Shown here: one piece after another, positions 56,600-64,000 of the stretch
Layout: the number at the start of each line of letters is the position of its first letter
How positions within the stretch are numbered: the stretch's first letter is position 1
From: a virus
Virus record (IMG/VR): IMGVR_UViG_3300021335_000004
DNA: 64,000 nt
Direction: 5' to 3' (one strand)
Translations under genes and position numbers: made by a program
Notes under the pieces: generated by a model
What the model was told of the DNA's origin: nothing
Database searches by the model: none
What the model saw: only the letters and a program-made list of their open reading frames with translations

Positions 56600-57499
56600 T
56601 TAATTCTCCTCTGAATTGCTTTCAGACTTTTTAGGGAGAAATATAGCATCATTGTCATGATGATTTCGTAGTCCTTGAAGCTGCATACGGACATCATCTA
56701 CTTTTAATTGATCAAGAAGTTTTACGCACATATCTTCTAAAAATTCATACATAGGTCTTACAGTATAATCATCTATTTTTTGTTCATAGTCTAAAAAACC
56801 AAGCATATCTAAAGTAATTTTTCCAGGATTAACACCTATCTGTTCTAAATATTCTTGTTCTCCTTTAGTGATTCTACCACTTTGCCTAACATCTCTTAGA
56901 CACTGTACTAAACTTCTCTTTAAATGAGACCTTGCTTCTTCTTTTTCAAAATCTTCTTCATTATAATCACTATATTTTTCCTTTAAGTCATCGTAAAGGT
57001 TAGAAAGAGTCAATACATCTTTCATTGCTCCTTCAACATATTTCATTCCATTAGCCATTCCACTTTTTAACTGAGCTATATCTATCTCAAGTAATTGTGC
57101 TTTTAGAGAGTCTTTCTCTTTGGCTAGTCTATCTTCTTTTTGTTTTAATTTAATCTCATTCTTCATATAATTCCACTTAGCCTCTTCTAATGCTTCTCTT
57201 TTTCTTGTCATTTCAGCACTAATTTGTCTAAGATTTTTCATAGGAGCAGCATAACTTAAATTAATATGCCTCCAAGTCCATTGAGAATGAGACCTATTCC
57301 AAATTCTTTCTGTTTCTGTTACATTAGAAATAGCTAAATCTACTTTTTTAGCGTTTTCAGCTAAAGTTAATCCTCCAAAACTTTTAACCTCTGCTAAATT
57401 AGAAGTCTGAAAAACTTCGGCAATAGATTTACCCTTTGCTTGTTCAGCAACATCTACTAAATCTTTATTTTCTTTATTTGTTGTCGTTAAATCAGACAT
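56600..57499 (-). CDS. coiled-coil hypothetical protein
   Basis: 299 aa, heptad-rich; GAGGGG RBS. Confidence 0.75.
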   Translation of the reverse strand: MSDLTTTNKENKDLVDVAEQAKGKSIAEVFQTSNLAEVKSFGGLTLAENAKKVDLAISNVTETERIWNRSHSQWTWRHINLSYAAPMKNLRQISAEMTRKREALEEAKWNYMKNEIKLKQKEDRLAKEKDSLKAQLLEIDIAQLKSGMANGMKYVEGAMKDVLTLSNLYDDLKEKYSDYNEEDFEKEEARSHLKRSLVQCLRDVRQSGRITKGEQEYLEQIGVNPGKITLDMLGFLDYEQKIDDYTVRPMYEFLEDMCVKLLDQLKVDDVRMQLQGLRNHHDNDAIFLPKKSESNSEEN

Positions 57500-57508
57500 A
57501 TTTTCCCC

Positions 57509-58075
57509 TCATTCTATATTAAAACTGATCGATATTCTGTCTTGAGTATTTTTATTCGGTTCAACATAATGCTCTAACCATGATGGAAATAGTATACATG
57601 AACCTGATTCAGGTGTCAAACCATAATTTTTTATTCTAATCCGGCTGGTCTCTGATCTACCTGCGGGATTTACTAAAACTAATTTTCCAGAATTTTCTGG
57701 TGCGGATACCCAATATACACCGCTTAAAGTACCACTATGTACATGATGAGCATTATAAGAGTATTGAGAATTAATATTTGCCCACATAGAGTCAATAAAA
57801 ACTTCTTTATTAATTCTTTCACTAAAATCTTTCGCAATATTATTACTTATATCTAAAAGAGGTTGGATTAATGGTTTTAAAAAATTGCTATATTCTTGAT
57901 ATATATAATCATGACTTTGCCAACCTAGAAAATTAGATCTATTTTTTCCTTCTGTGGTATCTCGTAACCAGTAAACAAAATCAAGTAGCTCTTCATTAAA
58001 AGAGCTACTATCAGGTATATTAAACCCCCATATTGGAACAGATAAAATTTCTTCTTTAAAATCTAAATGATTCAT
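57509..58075 (-). CDS. 2OG-Fe(II) oxygenase (TIGR02466-like)
   Basis: SN..GWQS, MWANIN..YN..HVH..LSGVYW, LFPSWLEHYV.PN...RISISFN. Confidence 0.9.
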   Translation of the reverse strand: MNHLDFKEEILSVPIWGFNIPDSSSFNEELLDFVYWLRDTTEGKNRSNFLGWQSHDYIYQEYSNFLKPLIQPLLDISNNIAKDFSERINKEVFIDSMWANINSQYSYNAHHVHSGTLSGVYWVSAPENSGKLVLVNPAGRSETSRIRIKNYGLTPESGSCILFPSWLEHYVEPNKNTQDRISISFNIE

Positions 58076-58689
58076 TATCTAAAGTGTGAGTACCCTTGCA
58101 CCCAAATAACCAAAGACCAGCGTGTGCCTCTAGTAACAGGAGTTACTCTATGTCTCATATAGCTTGGAAATAAAATTACACTTCCTCTTTCTTTTGGCAT
58201 TACAACTTCTGATCCTTCATCTACCTGAAGCTCTCCTCCGTCATAGTCTGCAGGGTCAGAAAGTTGTACAATCATAGAAATTTTTCTACCATAAGAACTC
58301 CCACCTCCTACATCTATATGCCATCCATAGTGTTGTTTAGTTTCATTACTAGTATACTCAAGTAATTGAAGTCCGTGCATGATTCCTGCTATTTCAAAAT
58401 CAAAATGATGTTGATTTGTAACATCAGCGATAAACATCATTTTTTCAAATAGACCATTAGTTTTTTCGTTTAAGAATATATTTCTTACATATACATCACG
58501 AATTTCTCTACGAACTTCACCTCCATTTTCTCCAACTGAAGCAAATTGAGGATACTCTTGATTACCGTAATTAATTACCCAATCACACTCATCGGGTGTA
58601 AAATATAATTCTTTCTTTGAGTGTTCTGCGGTATGAGCAACAAAACCCGGAGTTCTAGGTTTTTGTCTTGGAGCCATAAATTTTGCCAT
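58075..58689 (-). CDS. 2OG-Fe(II) oxygenase (PKHD / prolyl-hydroxylase-like)
   Basis: YGWHID, RKISMIVQLSDP.DYDGGEL, FPSYMRHRVTPVTRGTRWSLV.W. Confidence 0.92.
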   Translation of the reverse strand: MAKFMAPRQKPRTPGFVAHTAEHSKKELYFTPDECDWVINYGNQEYPQFASVGENGGEVRREIRDVYVRNIFLNEKTNGLFEKMMFIADVTNQHHFDFEIAGIMHGLQLLEYTSNETKQHYGWHIDVGGGSSYGRKISMIVQLSDPADYDGGELQVDEGSEVVMPKERGSVILFPSYMRHRVTPVTRGTRWSLVIWVQGYSHFR

Positions 58690-59459
58690 TATTCACCTAC
58701 CTTAAATTCAAAGTTTTGAGGAAGAGGACGACCTGAAGGTCTAGAACTTGTCATAGATTGTTCTTGAGTTTTTAACCAAGGTTTTTGTAATTCTTGCTGA
58801 GTATGGTTAACCTGTTGAAAGTTTTGATTTTGCTGCTGATTCGTAGCAACTTGTTGAGTTTTTGATATCCCTAACATAGGTCTACCATCAAATTTACACT
58901 CTTCTGCATACGGACCATCCGCGTCTACATAATGTACAAATACTTGAGCTTGCCACTCTCCTTTATAAACAGGTCTCCAATGAGGAATATCACAACCCCT
59001 ATATAATAACATTTCTCCTATATCAAGATCAATCTGTTTACCTACTTTATCATTTTCATCTTTACCTACATATATAGGCCAAATCGGTTCTCCTTGTTTT
59101 CTTCCAAGAGTTAAAGTACCTGAAATTTCACATGAAGGCCTATCTTTATGATACTTTAGCTCTTCGCCTGTTTGATAAATTCTAGAATAAGTATAAGCTG
59201 GGATAAGGTTTATTCCTATTAGATTGCTTAATTGAGGGGCAAGTCTTGCTAGTAGGGTATCAAATAAAGGATCTCCATAAATTGACCAAGACAAAGGACA
59301 TTGTGAATCATCCCCTCCTAAAGATACAGGAGGTACTAATAGTCCTGCATCTCTTTTGACAAATAAATAATCAGTCATAAGACTTGCCATCTCATGACTG
59401 ATTACTTCGTTAAATACAATATATTTTTGATTATTAAACATTTCTGGTATTGAATTCAT
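58689..59459 (-). CDS. 2OG-Fe(II) oxygenase with a Gln-rich tail
   Basis: YSRIY..GEEL..HKDRPSCEIS.TL, GEMLLYRGC...HWR, QVFVHYV. Confidence 0.88.
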   Translation of the reverse strand: MNSIPEMFNNQKYIVFNEVISHEMASLMTDYLFVKRDAGLLVPPVSLGGDDSQCPLSWSIYGDPLFDTLLARLAPQLSNLIGINLIPAYTYSRIYQTGEELKYHKDRPSCEISGTLTLGRKQGEPIWPIYVGKDENDKVGKQIDLDIGEMLLYRGCDIPHWRPVYKGEWQAQVFVHYVDADGPYAEECKFDGRPMLGISKTQQVATNQQQNQNFQQVNHTQQELQKPWLKTQEQSMTSSRPSGRPLPQNFEFKVGE

Positions 59460-59500
59460 AATTAGTTTTTTCTCCCTCTTCTATTTATGATATATAAGTA

Positions 59501-59529
59501 ATTATATACTAAATTTTTTAAGGAGTCAA
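59501..59529 (-). promoter_or_regulatory. near-consensus sigma70 promoter for the oxygenase/terminase block
   Basis: TTGACT-17 nt-TATAAT, then AGAGGGAG RBS before ATG 59459. Confidence 0.8.
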
Positions 59530-59542
59530 GAAGAATTATAAT

Positions 59543-60619
59543 TTATCCAACAGCCGGTAGGTGACGTACAGAGACCACAGTATTGTTAGCAATAGGTGCG
59601 GTATTATTAAGAGTAAGAGTAGTGCTAGCAACAGAATAGTTATTAGAAGGTGCTCCTGGTGATTGTAATATTCCACCAACTACTACCATTATAGAACTAC
59701 TAGAAACAGGAGTTTGAGTTAGAGTAAAGGTATTAGCAGCCCCTGAAGCAGTATATACATCGTTTAGAAGATTAGAGGTAGAAGTCTCTGTTAAAATATA
59801 ACGAGCTTCAACTTCTGTGTTTGCAACTATAGGAACAACATTTGCAATTGTTAAAGTTGATCCACTAACAAAATAATCATCTTCAGGTGTTTGTAATAAT
59901 CCATCAATCGCTACAAACATATTTGTTGCATTAGACACAGTGCGTGACATCGTAAAAGTGTTAGCAGACCCAGAAGCGACCATAACTTGAGAGGAATAAG
60001 AATATGCAAATTGTGGAGAAGTAACACTAACCGTTACTGTATTAGCACTTCCTGTAGGTGTTGCAGCTAATCCAGCACCAAATACAATGTTAGCAATTGC
60101 TCCATCAATAACTCCAGCAGCATTTTCAACTTTTACGGCTCCTCCGCCGCCACCAAACGTAGTATTAGCATATGTACCAAAAGTATCTAAAATACTTTTA
60201 TTAGCAGTAATAGTGGTAGCGTTAGTAGCTACATTATCTTGTACTACGTTAAGATTAGTATCAGTAGCAAAAGTAGTATTAGCATATGTACCAAAAGTAT
60301 CTAAAATAGATTTATTAGCAGTAATAGTGGTAGCGTTAGTAGCGACATTATCTTGTACCACGTTAAGATTAGTATCAGTAGCAAAAGTAGTATTAGCATA
60401 CGTGCCGAAAGTATCTGAAATAGTTTTATTATTTGTAATAGAAGTAGCGTTAGTAGCCACGTTATCTTGTACGGTGTCTATAGAAGTAGATAAACTACTA
60501 GTATCTACAGCAACAGAACCAAACTCAATTTGACTATTTGCTGATACATATACTAATGCATCTCCATCCGATGCTCCTGTTGTTTTTAATAATTTAGGAT
60601 TTAGTTTATCTATTGTCAT
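59543..60619 (-). CDS. tail fibre-like protein with 38-aa repeats
   Basis: About 3 copies of VQDNVATNAT.IT.NK.I.DT.GTYANTTFATDTNLNV; two C-terminal NTFT...V.IDGLLQ.P..Y beta domains. Confidence 0.78.
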   Translation of the reverse strand: MTIDKLNPKLLKTTGASDGDALVYVSANSQIEFGSVAVDTSSLSTSIDTVQDNVATNATSITNNKTISDTFGTYANTTFATDTNLNVVQDNVATNATTITANKSILDTFGTYANTTFATDTNLNVVQDNVATNATTITANKSILDTFGTYANTTFGGGGGAVKVENAAGVIDGAIANIVFGAGLAATPTGSANTVTVSVTSPQFAYSYSSQVMVASGSANTFTMSRTVSNATNMFVAIDGLLQTPEDDYFVSGSTLTIANVVPIVANTEVEARYILTETSTSNLLNDVYTASGAANTFTLTQTPVSSSSIMVVVGGILQSPGAPSNNYSVASTTLTLNNTAPIANNTVVSVRHLPAVG

Positions 60620-60621
60620 TA

Positions 60622-61890
60622 TTAGACTCCTCCACCGTCTATAGTTCCTGGGAATATAAATTGTAAATATCTAACATCAACATTAATTCCAGCAGGTAAG
60701 GGCGCTACGTTAGAAATTGTTAACGTAGTATCATTAACAGTATATGTATCAGGTGATTGAATTAATCCATCTAAAATTACAAATATATTATTTACATTAG
60801 ATATTGATTGTACTAATGTAAAGGTATTAGTACTAGCATCAACAGCATAATTATCACTAGCTACGTTAGCAGCAACAGTTGTCACAAATGTTGCGTTAGC
60901 GTATGTACTAAAAGCACCTAGATCAGATTGCAAAGCAGTTACATTACTTTGTATAGCAGTTACATTTCCGGTAGCAAATGTTGCGTTAGCATACGTACCT
61001 AGAGTATCTGAAATAGTTTTGTTATTAGTAATAGAAGTAGCGTTTGTTGCTACATTATCTTGTACTGTATTAATATTAGTGTTTATAGCAGTAATAGAAG
61101 AAGCGTTAGTAGCGACATTATCTTGTACTACGTTAAGATTAGTATCAGTAGCAAAGGTTGAGTTAGCATACGTACCTAGAACATCTAATTCAGAGTTAAC
61201 TGCATCAGTATTACTTGAAATTGAGTTGATTTGATTAGTAAGTGTAACCGAAAGGTTAGCATCATTACCTAAGGCTGCTGCTAATTCATTAAGAGTATCA
61301 AGAGTTGCTGGAGCACTATCTACTATACCAGCCACCTCTGTATCTACATAGCTTGTTGTAGCAAAAGTTGAATTAGAGTAAGTACCTAGAGTATCTGAAA
61401 TAGTTTTGTTATTAGTAATAGAAGTAGCGTTTGTTGCTACGTTATCTTGTACTGTATTAATATTAGTGTTTATAGCAGTAATAGAAGAAGCGTTAGTAGC
61501 GACATTATCTTGTACTACGTTAAGATTAGTATCAGTAGCGAAGGTTGTATTAGCATACGTACCTAGAGTATCTGAAATAGTTTTGTTATTTGTAATAGAA
61601 GTAGCGTTGGTTGCTACATTATCTTGTACTACGTTAAGATTAGTATCAGTAGCGAAGGTTGTATTAGCATACGTACCTAGAGTATCGGAAATAGTTTTGT
61701 TATTTGTAATAGAAGTAGCGTTGGTTGCTACGTTATCTTGTACTGTGTTTATAGACGTAGATAAACTACTAGTGTCTACGGCAACAGAACCAAACTCTAG
61801 TTTATCGTTAGCAGACACATAAACTAACGCATCTCCATCACTAGCTCCAGCGGTTTCTATTAGTACCGGGTTTAGTTTATCAATAGCCAT
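60622..61890 (-). CDS. tail fibre-like protein with 38-aa and 21-aa repeats
   Basis: Same repeats plus the common fibre motif VDSAP.TLDTLNELAAALGND. Confidence 0.8.
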   Translation of the reverse strand: MAIDKLNPVLIETAGASDGDALVYVSANDKLEFGSVAVDTSSLSTSINTVQDNVATNATSITNNKTISDTLGTYANTTFATDTNLNVVQDNVATNATSITNNKTISDTLGTYANTTFATDTNLNVVQDNVATNASSITAINTNINTVQDNVATNATSITNNKTISDTLGTYSNSTFATTSYVDTEVAGIVDSAPATLDTLNELAAALGNDANLSVTLTNQINSISSNTDAVNSELDVLGTYANSTFATDTNLNVVQDNVATNASSITAINTNINTVQDNVATNATSITNNKTISDTLGTYANATFATGNVTAIQSNVTALQSDLGAFSTYANATFVTTVAANVASDNYAVDASTNTFTLVQSISNVNNIFVILDGLIQSPDTYTVNDTTLTISNVAPLPAGINVDVRYLQFIFPGTIDGGGV

Positions 61891-61892
61891 TA

Positions 61893-63998
61893 TTAAACTC
61901 CTCCACCATCTATGGTTCCTGGGAATACAAACTGTAAATATCTAACATCTACGTTTATTCCCGCAGGTAGTGGTGCTACATTAGAAACAGTTAATGTTGT
62001 ATCATTAACAGTATACGTATCAGGGGACTGAATTAGTCCATTCATCATTAAAAGTATGTTATTTACGTTAGACACTGATTGTGCTAAAGTAAAAGTATTA
62101 GTACTAGCATCAACAGCATAATTATCATTTCCTACATTAGCCGCAGTACTAGTTAAGAAGTTAGCATTTGCATAAGTCGCATAAGCGTCTAAATTATTCT
62201 GAACATTTCCTATATTGCCAGAAGCAAAAGTTGAATTAGCATAAGAAGCAAAGCTATCTAAATTACTAAGTACTAGATTAACAGAATTATTTGCTCCTGT
62301 CAATCCAGAAATTACTGAATCTACATTAGAAGATACTGTATTTAGTTCTGTATTTAAAGCAAAAGTTGAATTAGCATAAGAAGCAAAGCTATCTAAATTA
62401 GCTTCAACAATATTAGCATCTCCACTACCGCTGCCAAAAGTAGAATTAGCATAAGAAGCAAATGTAGTTAATTCTGTATCTAAAGCAGTAATAGTAGTAG
62501 CATTAGTTGCTACATTGTCTTGTACTGTGTTAATCTTAGTATCAGTAGCAAACGTTGTATTAGCATAAGTACCTAAAGTATCTAGATTAGTAGAGTTAGT
62601 CGCTGCATTAGCAGAGACTGTACCAATTGCGTTTGTAAGAGTTACAGATAAATTAGCGTCATTGCCTAAAGCAGCAGCTAACTCGTTAAGAGTATCAAGA
62701 GTAGATGGAGCGCTATCTACTAGACCTGCTACTTCTGTATCTACATAGCTTGTTGTAGCAAAAGTTGAATTAGCATATGTACCTAGAGTATCTAATACAG
62801 ATCTATTAGTAGTAATAGTGGTAGCGTTAGTAGCTACATTATCTTGTACTAGATCTACACTAGCTTGAGATACACCACTAGAAAACGTTGAATTAGCGTA
62901 AGTACCGAAAGCATCTAATTCAGAGTCTAACGCTGTAATAGAAGAAGCGTTAGTAGCGACATTATCTTGTACTGTGTTAAGATTAGTATCAGTAGCAAAC
63001 GTTGCATTAGAGTAAGTACCTAAAGTATCAGATATAGTTTTATTAGTAGTGATAGTAGTAGCGTTAGTCGCTACATTATCTTGTACTACGTTAAGATTTG
63101 TATCTGTAGCAAACGTTGTATTAGCATATGTACCTAGAGTATCTAATTCAGAGTCTAACGCTGTAATAGAAGAAGCGTTAGTAGCGACATTATCTTGTAC
63201 AGTATTGAGACTTGTATCAAGAGCAAAAGTAGAGTTAGCATACGAAGCAAAAGTATCTAAATTAGTCTCTACTATTGTAACATTTGATTGTACTGTATTA
63301 ATATTAGTATTAGCAGTAACACTATCACCTTGATCGCCAATTAGACTAATAGTCATAAAGACTTCGTCACCATTACTTATAGATGCCCAGTTATCTCTAT
63401 CAATATATTCAATATCTAAAGTTCTCCAGGTGCCATTATCAGTTTGCCCAGTAACATAGAACTTAGCATTTATTGTTGGATTCGATTTTTTGTAAAGTAC
63501 AATTAAAGCCTTATTAGTATTAGTCGAAGTTGTAAGAGTATCAAGTAATGGGCCAATTCCTGTTGTATCGTTATCCGTTTCACTTACATAAGCACTGTAG
63601 GAACTTCCTGGACTACCAGTTGTCCAATCAATACTAAATCTAAAATCACCTGTACCAGGATCTGCAGCAGTGGTTGCTGTATCAAAGTTATATTTAATAC
63701 CATAAGTATCAATACCAGCTGAAGTTGCAAAAGTTGAATTAGCATATGTACCAAACTGGTCTGAAATGCTCTTATTAACTGTAATAGTGGTAGCGTTGGT
63801 AGCTACATTGTCTTGTACTGTGTTAAGATTAGTTTCTAGAGTAGAGATAGATGAAGCGTTAGTCGCTACATTATCTTGTACTGTATTGATATTAGTATCT
63901 AGAGTAGAGATAGATGAAGCGTTAGTAGCTACATTATCTTGTACTACGTTAAGATTAGTATCTGTAGCAAACGTTGTATTAGCATAAGTACCTAGAGT
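61893..63998 (-). CDS. long tail fibre-like repeat protein (5'-truncated by the window edge)
   Basis: The frame stays open from 63998 into the listed 63356 ATG (642 nt, no stop). Contains the repeats, a YNFDTATTAADPGTGDFRF domain and the SAPSTLDTLNELAAALGND motif. Confidence 0.8.
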   Translation of the reverse strand, partial: TLGTYANTTFATDTNLNVVQDNVATNASSISTLDTNINTVQDNVATNASSISTLETNLNTVQDNVATNATTITVNKSISDQFGTYANSTFATSAGIDTYGIKYNFDTATTAADPGTGDFRFSIDWTTGSPGSSYSAYVSETDNDTTGIGPLLDTLTTSTNTNKALIVLYKKSNPTINAKFYVTGQTDNGTWRTLDIEYIDRDNWASISNGDEVFMTISLIGDQGDSVTANTNINTVQSNVTIVETNLDTFASYANSTFALDTSLNTVQDNVATNASSITALDSELDTLGTYANTTFATDTNLNVVQDNVATNATTITTNKTISDTLGTYSNATFATDTNLNTVQDNVATNASSITALDSELDAFGTYANSTFSSGVSQASVDLVQDNVATNATTITTNRSVLDTLGTYANSTFATTSYVDTEVAGLVDSAPSTLDTLNELAAALGNDANLSVTLTNAIGTVSANAATNSTNLDTLGTYANTTFATDTKINTVQDNVATNATTITALDTELTTFASYANSTFGSGSGDANIVEANLDSFASYANSTFALNTELNTVSSNVDSVISGLTGANNSVNLVLSNLDSFASYANSTFASGNIGNVQNNLDAYATYANANFLTSTAANVGNDNYAVDASTNTFTLAQSVSNVNNILLMMNGLIQSPDTYTVNDTTLTVSNVAPLPAGINVDVRYLQFVFPGTIDGGGV

Positions 63999-64000
63999 AT

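Larger units (their letters stand above)
60150..64000 (-). repeat. coding tandem repeats of about 114 bp and 63 bp across the fibre genes
   Basis: Recurrent acattatcttgtact..gttaagattagtatcagtagc and ttagcatacgtacctagagtatc units. Confidence 0.85.

Noticed and set aside
61893-63356. ATG at 63356 as the true gene start
   Set aside because: The frame is open to the window end with the same repeat family upstream, so the gene starts beyond 64000.
60087-63987. Plus-strand ORFs antisense to the fibre genes (60087, 61019, 61406, 63049, 63766)
   Set aside because: Shadow frames produced by the repetitive Thr/Asn/Ala codons of the minus-strand genes; no RBS.
59543-64000. Tandem DNA repeats as a CRISPR array
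   Set aside because: Units are multiples of 3, lie in open frames, vary at synonymous sites and have no unique spacers; no cas genes are present.
1-64000. Prophage or host chromosomal DNA (suggested by the BMP and apt genes)
   Set aside because: The host-like genes are translationally coupled to each other and embedded in a continuous T5-like gene order; there is no integrase, att site or bacterial housekeeping context.

Overview
AT-rich (about 30% GC by eye) segment of a lytic T5-like (Demerecviridae-like) siphophage genome, probably aquatic or marine, with a proteobacterial host inferred. Plus strand 1-17733 is the T5-type replication arm: family A DNA polymerase (5' end lies before the window), D10 helicase, D11, D12/D13 SbcCD-like nuclease, class Ia nrdAB, glutaredoxin, D14, D15 flap endonuclease and dUTPase. 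Inserted into it are a GT-A glycosyltransferase, a 2OG-Fe(II) oxygenase, a glycine-zipper protein and a GC-richer purine-scavenging cassette (BMP solute-binding protein, IPNS-like dioxygenase, APRT). Minus strand 64000-17730 is the late arm: repeat-built fibre genes, three tandem 2OG-Fe(II) oxygenases, terminase, HNH nickase, portal, a protease-capsid fusion with an internal capsid start, neck and tail genes with a -1 frameshifted chaperone, and a lambda-type M-L-K-I-J tail tip. It ends in an accessory block of very basic microproteins around an ATP-grasp-like enzyme, a Cys-repeat exported-protein module and three beta-propeller paralogs. Non-coding highlights: a pseudoknot/attenuator-like RNA after the tail tube gene, tandem c(GNA)g hairpins in a long leader, and several promoters that appear to drive leaderless mRNAs. 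No tRNA, rRNA, CRISPR array, integrase or reverse transcriptase was seen. All calls come from motif recognition by eye; no database search was run.
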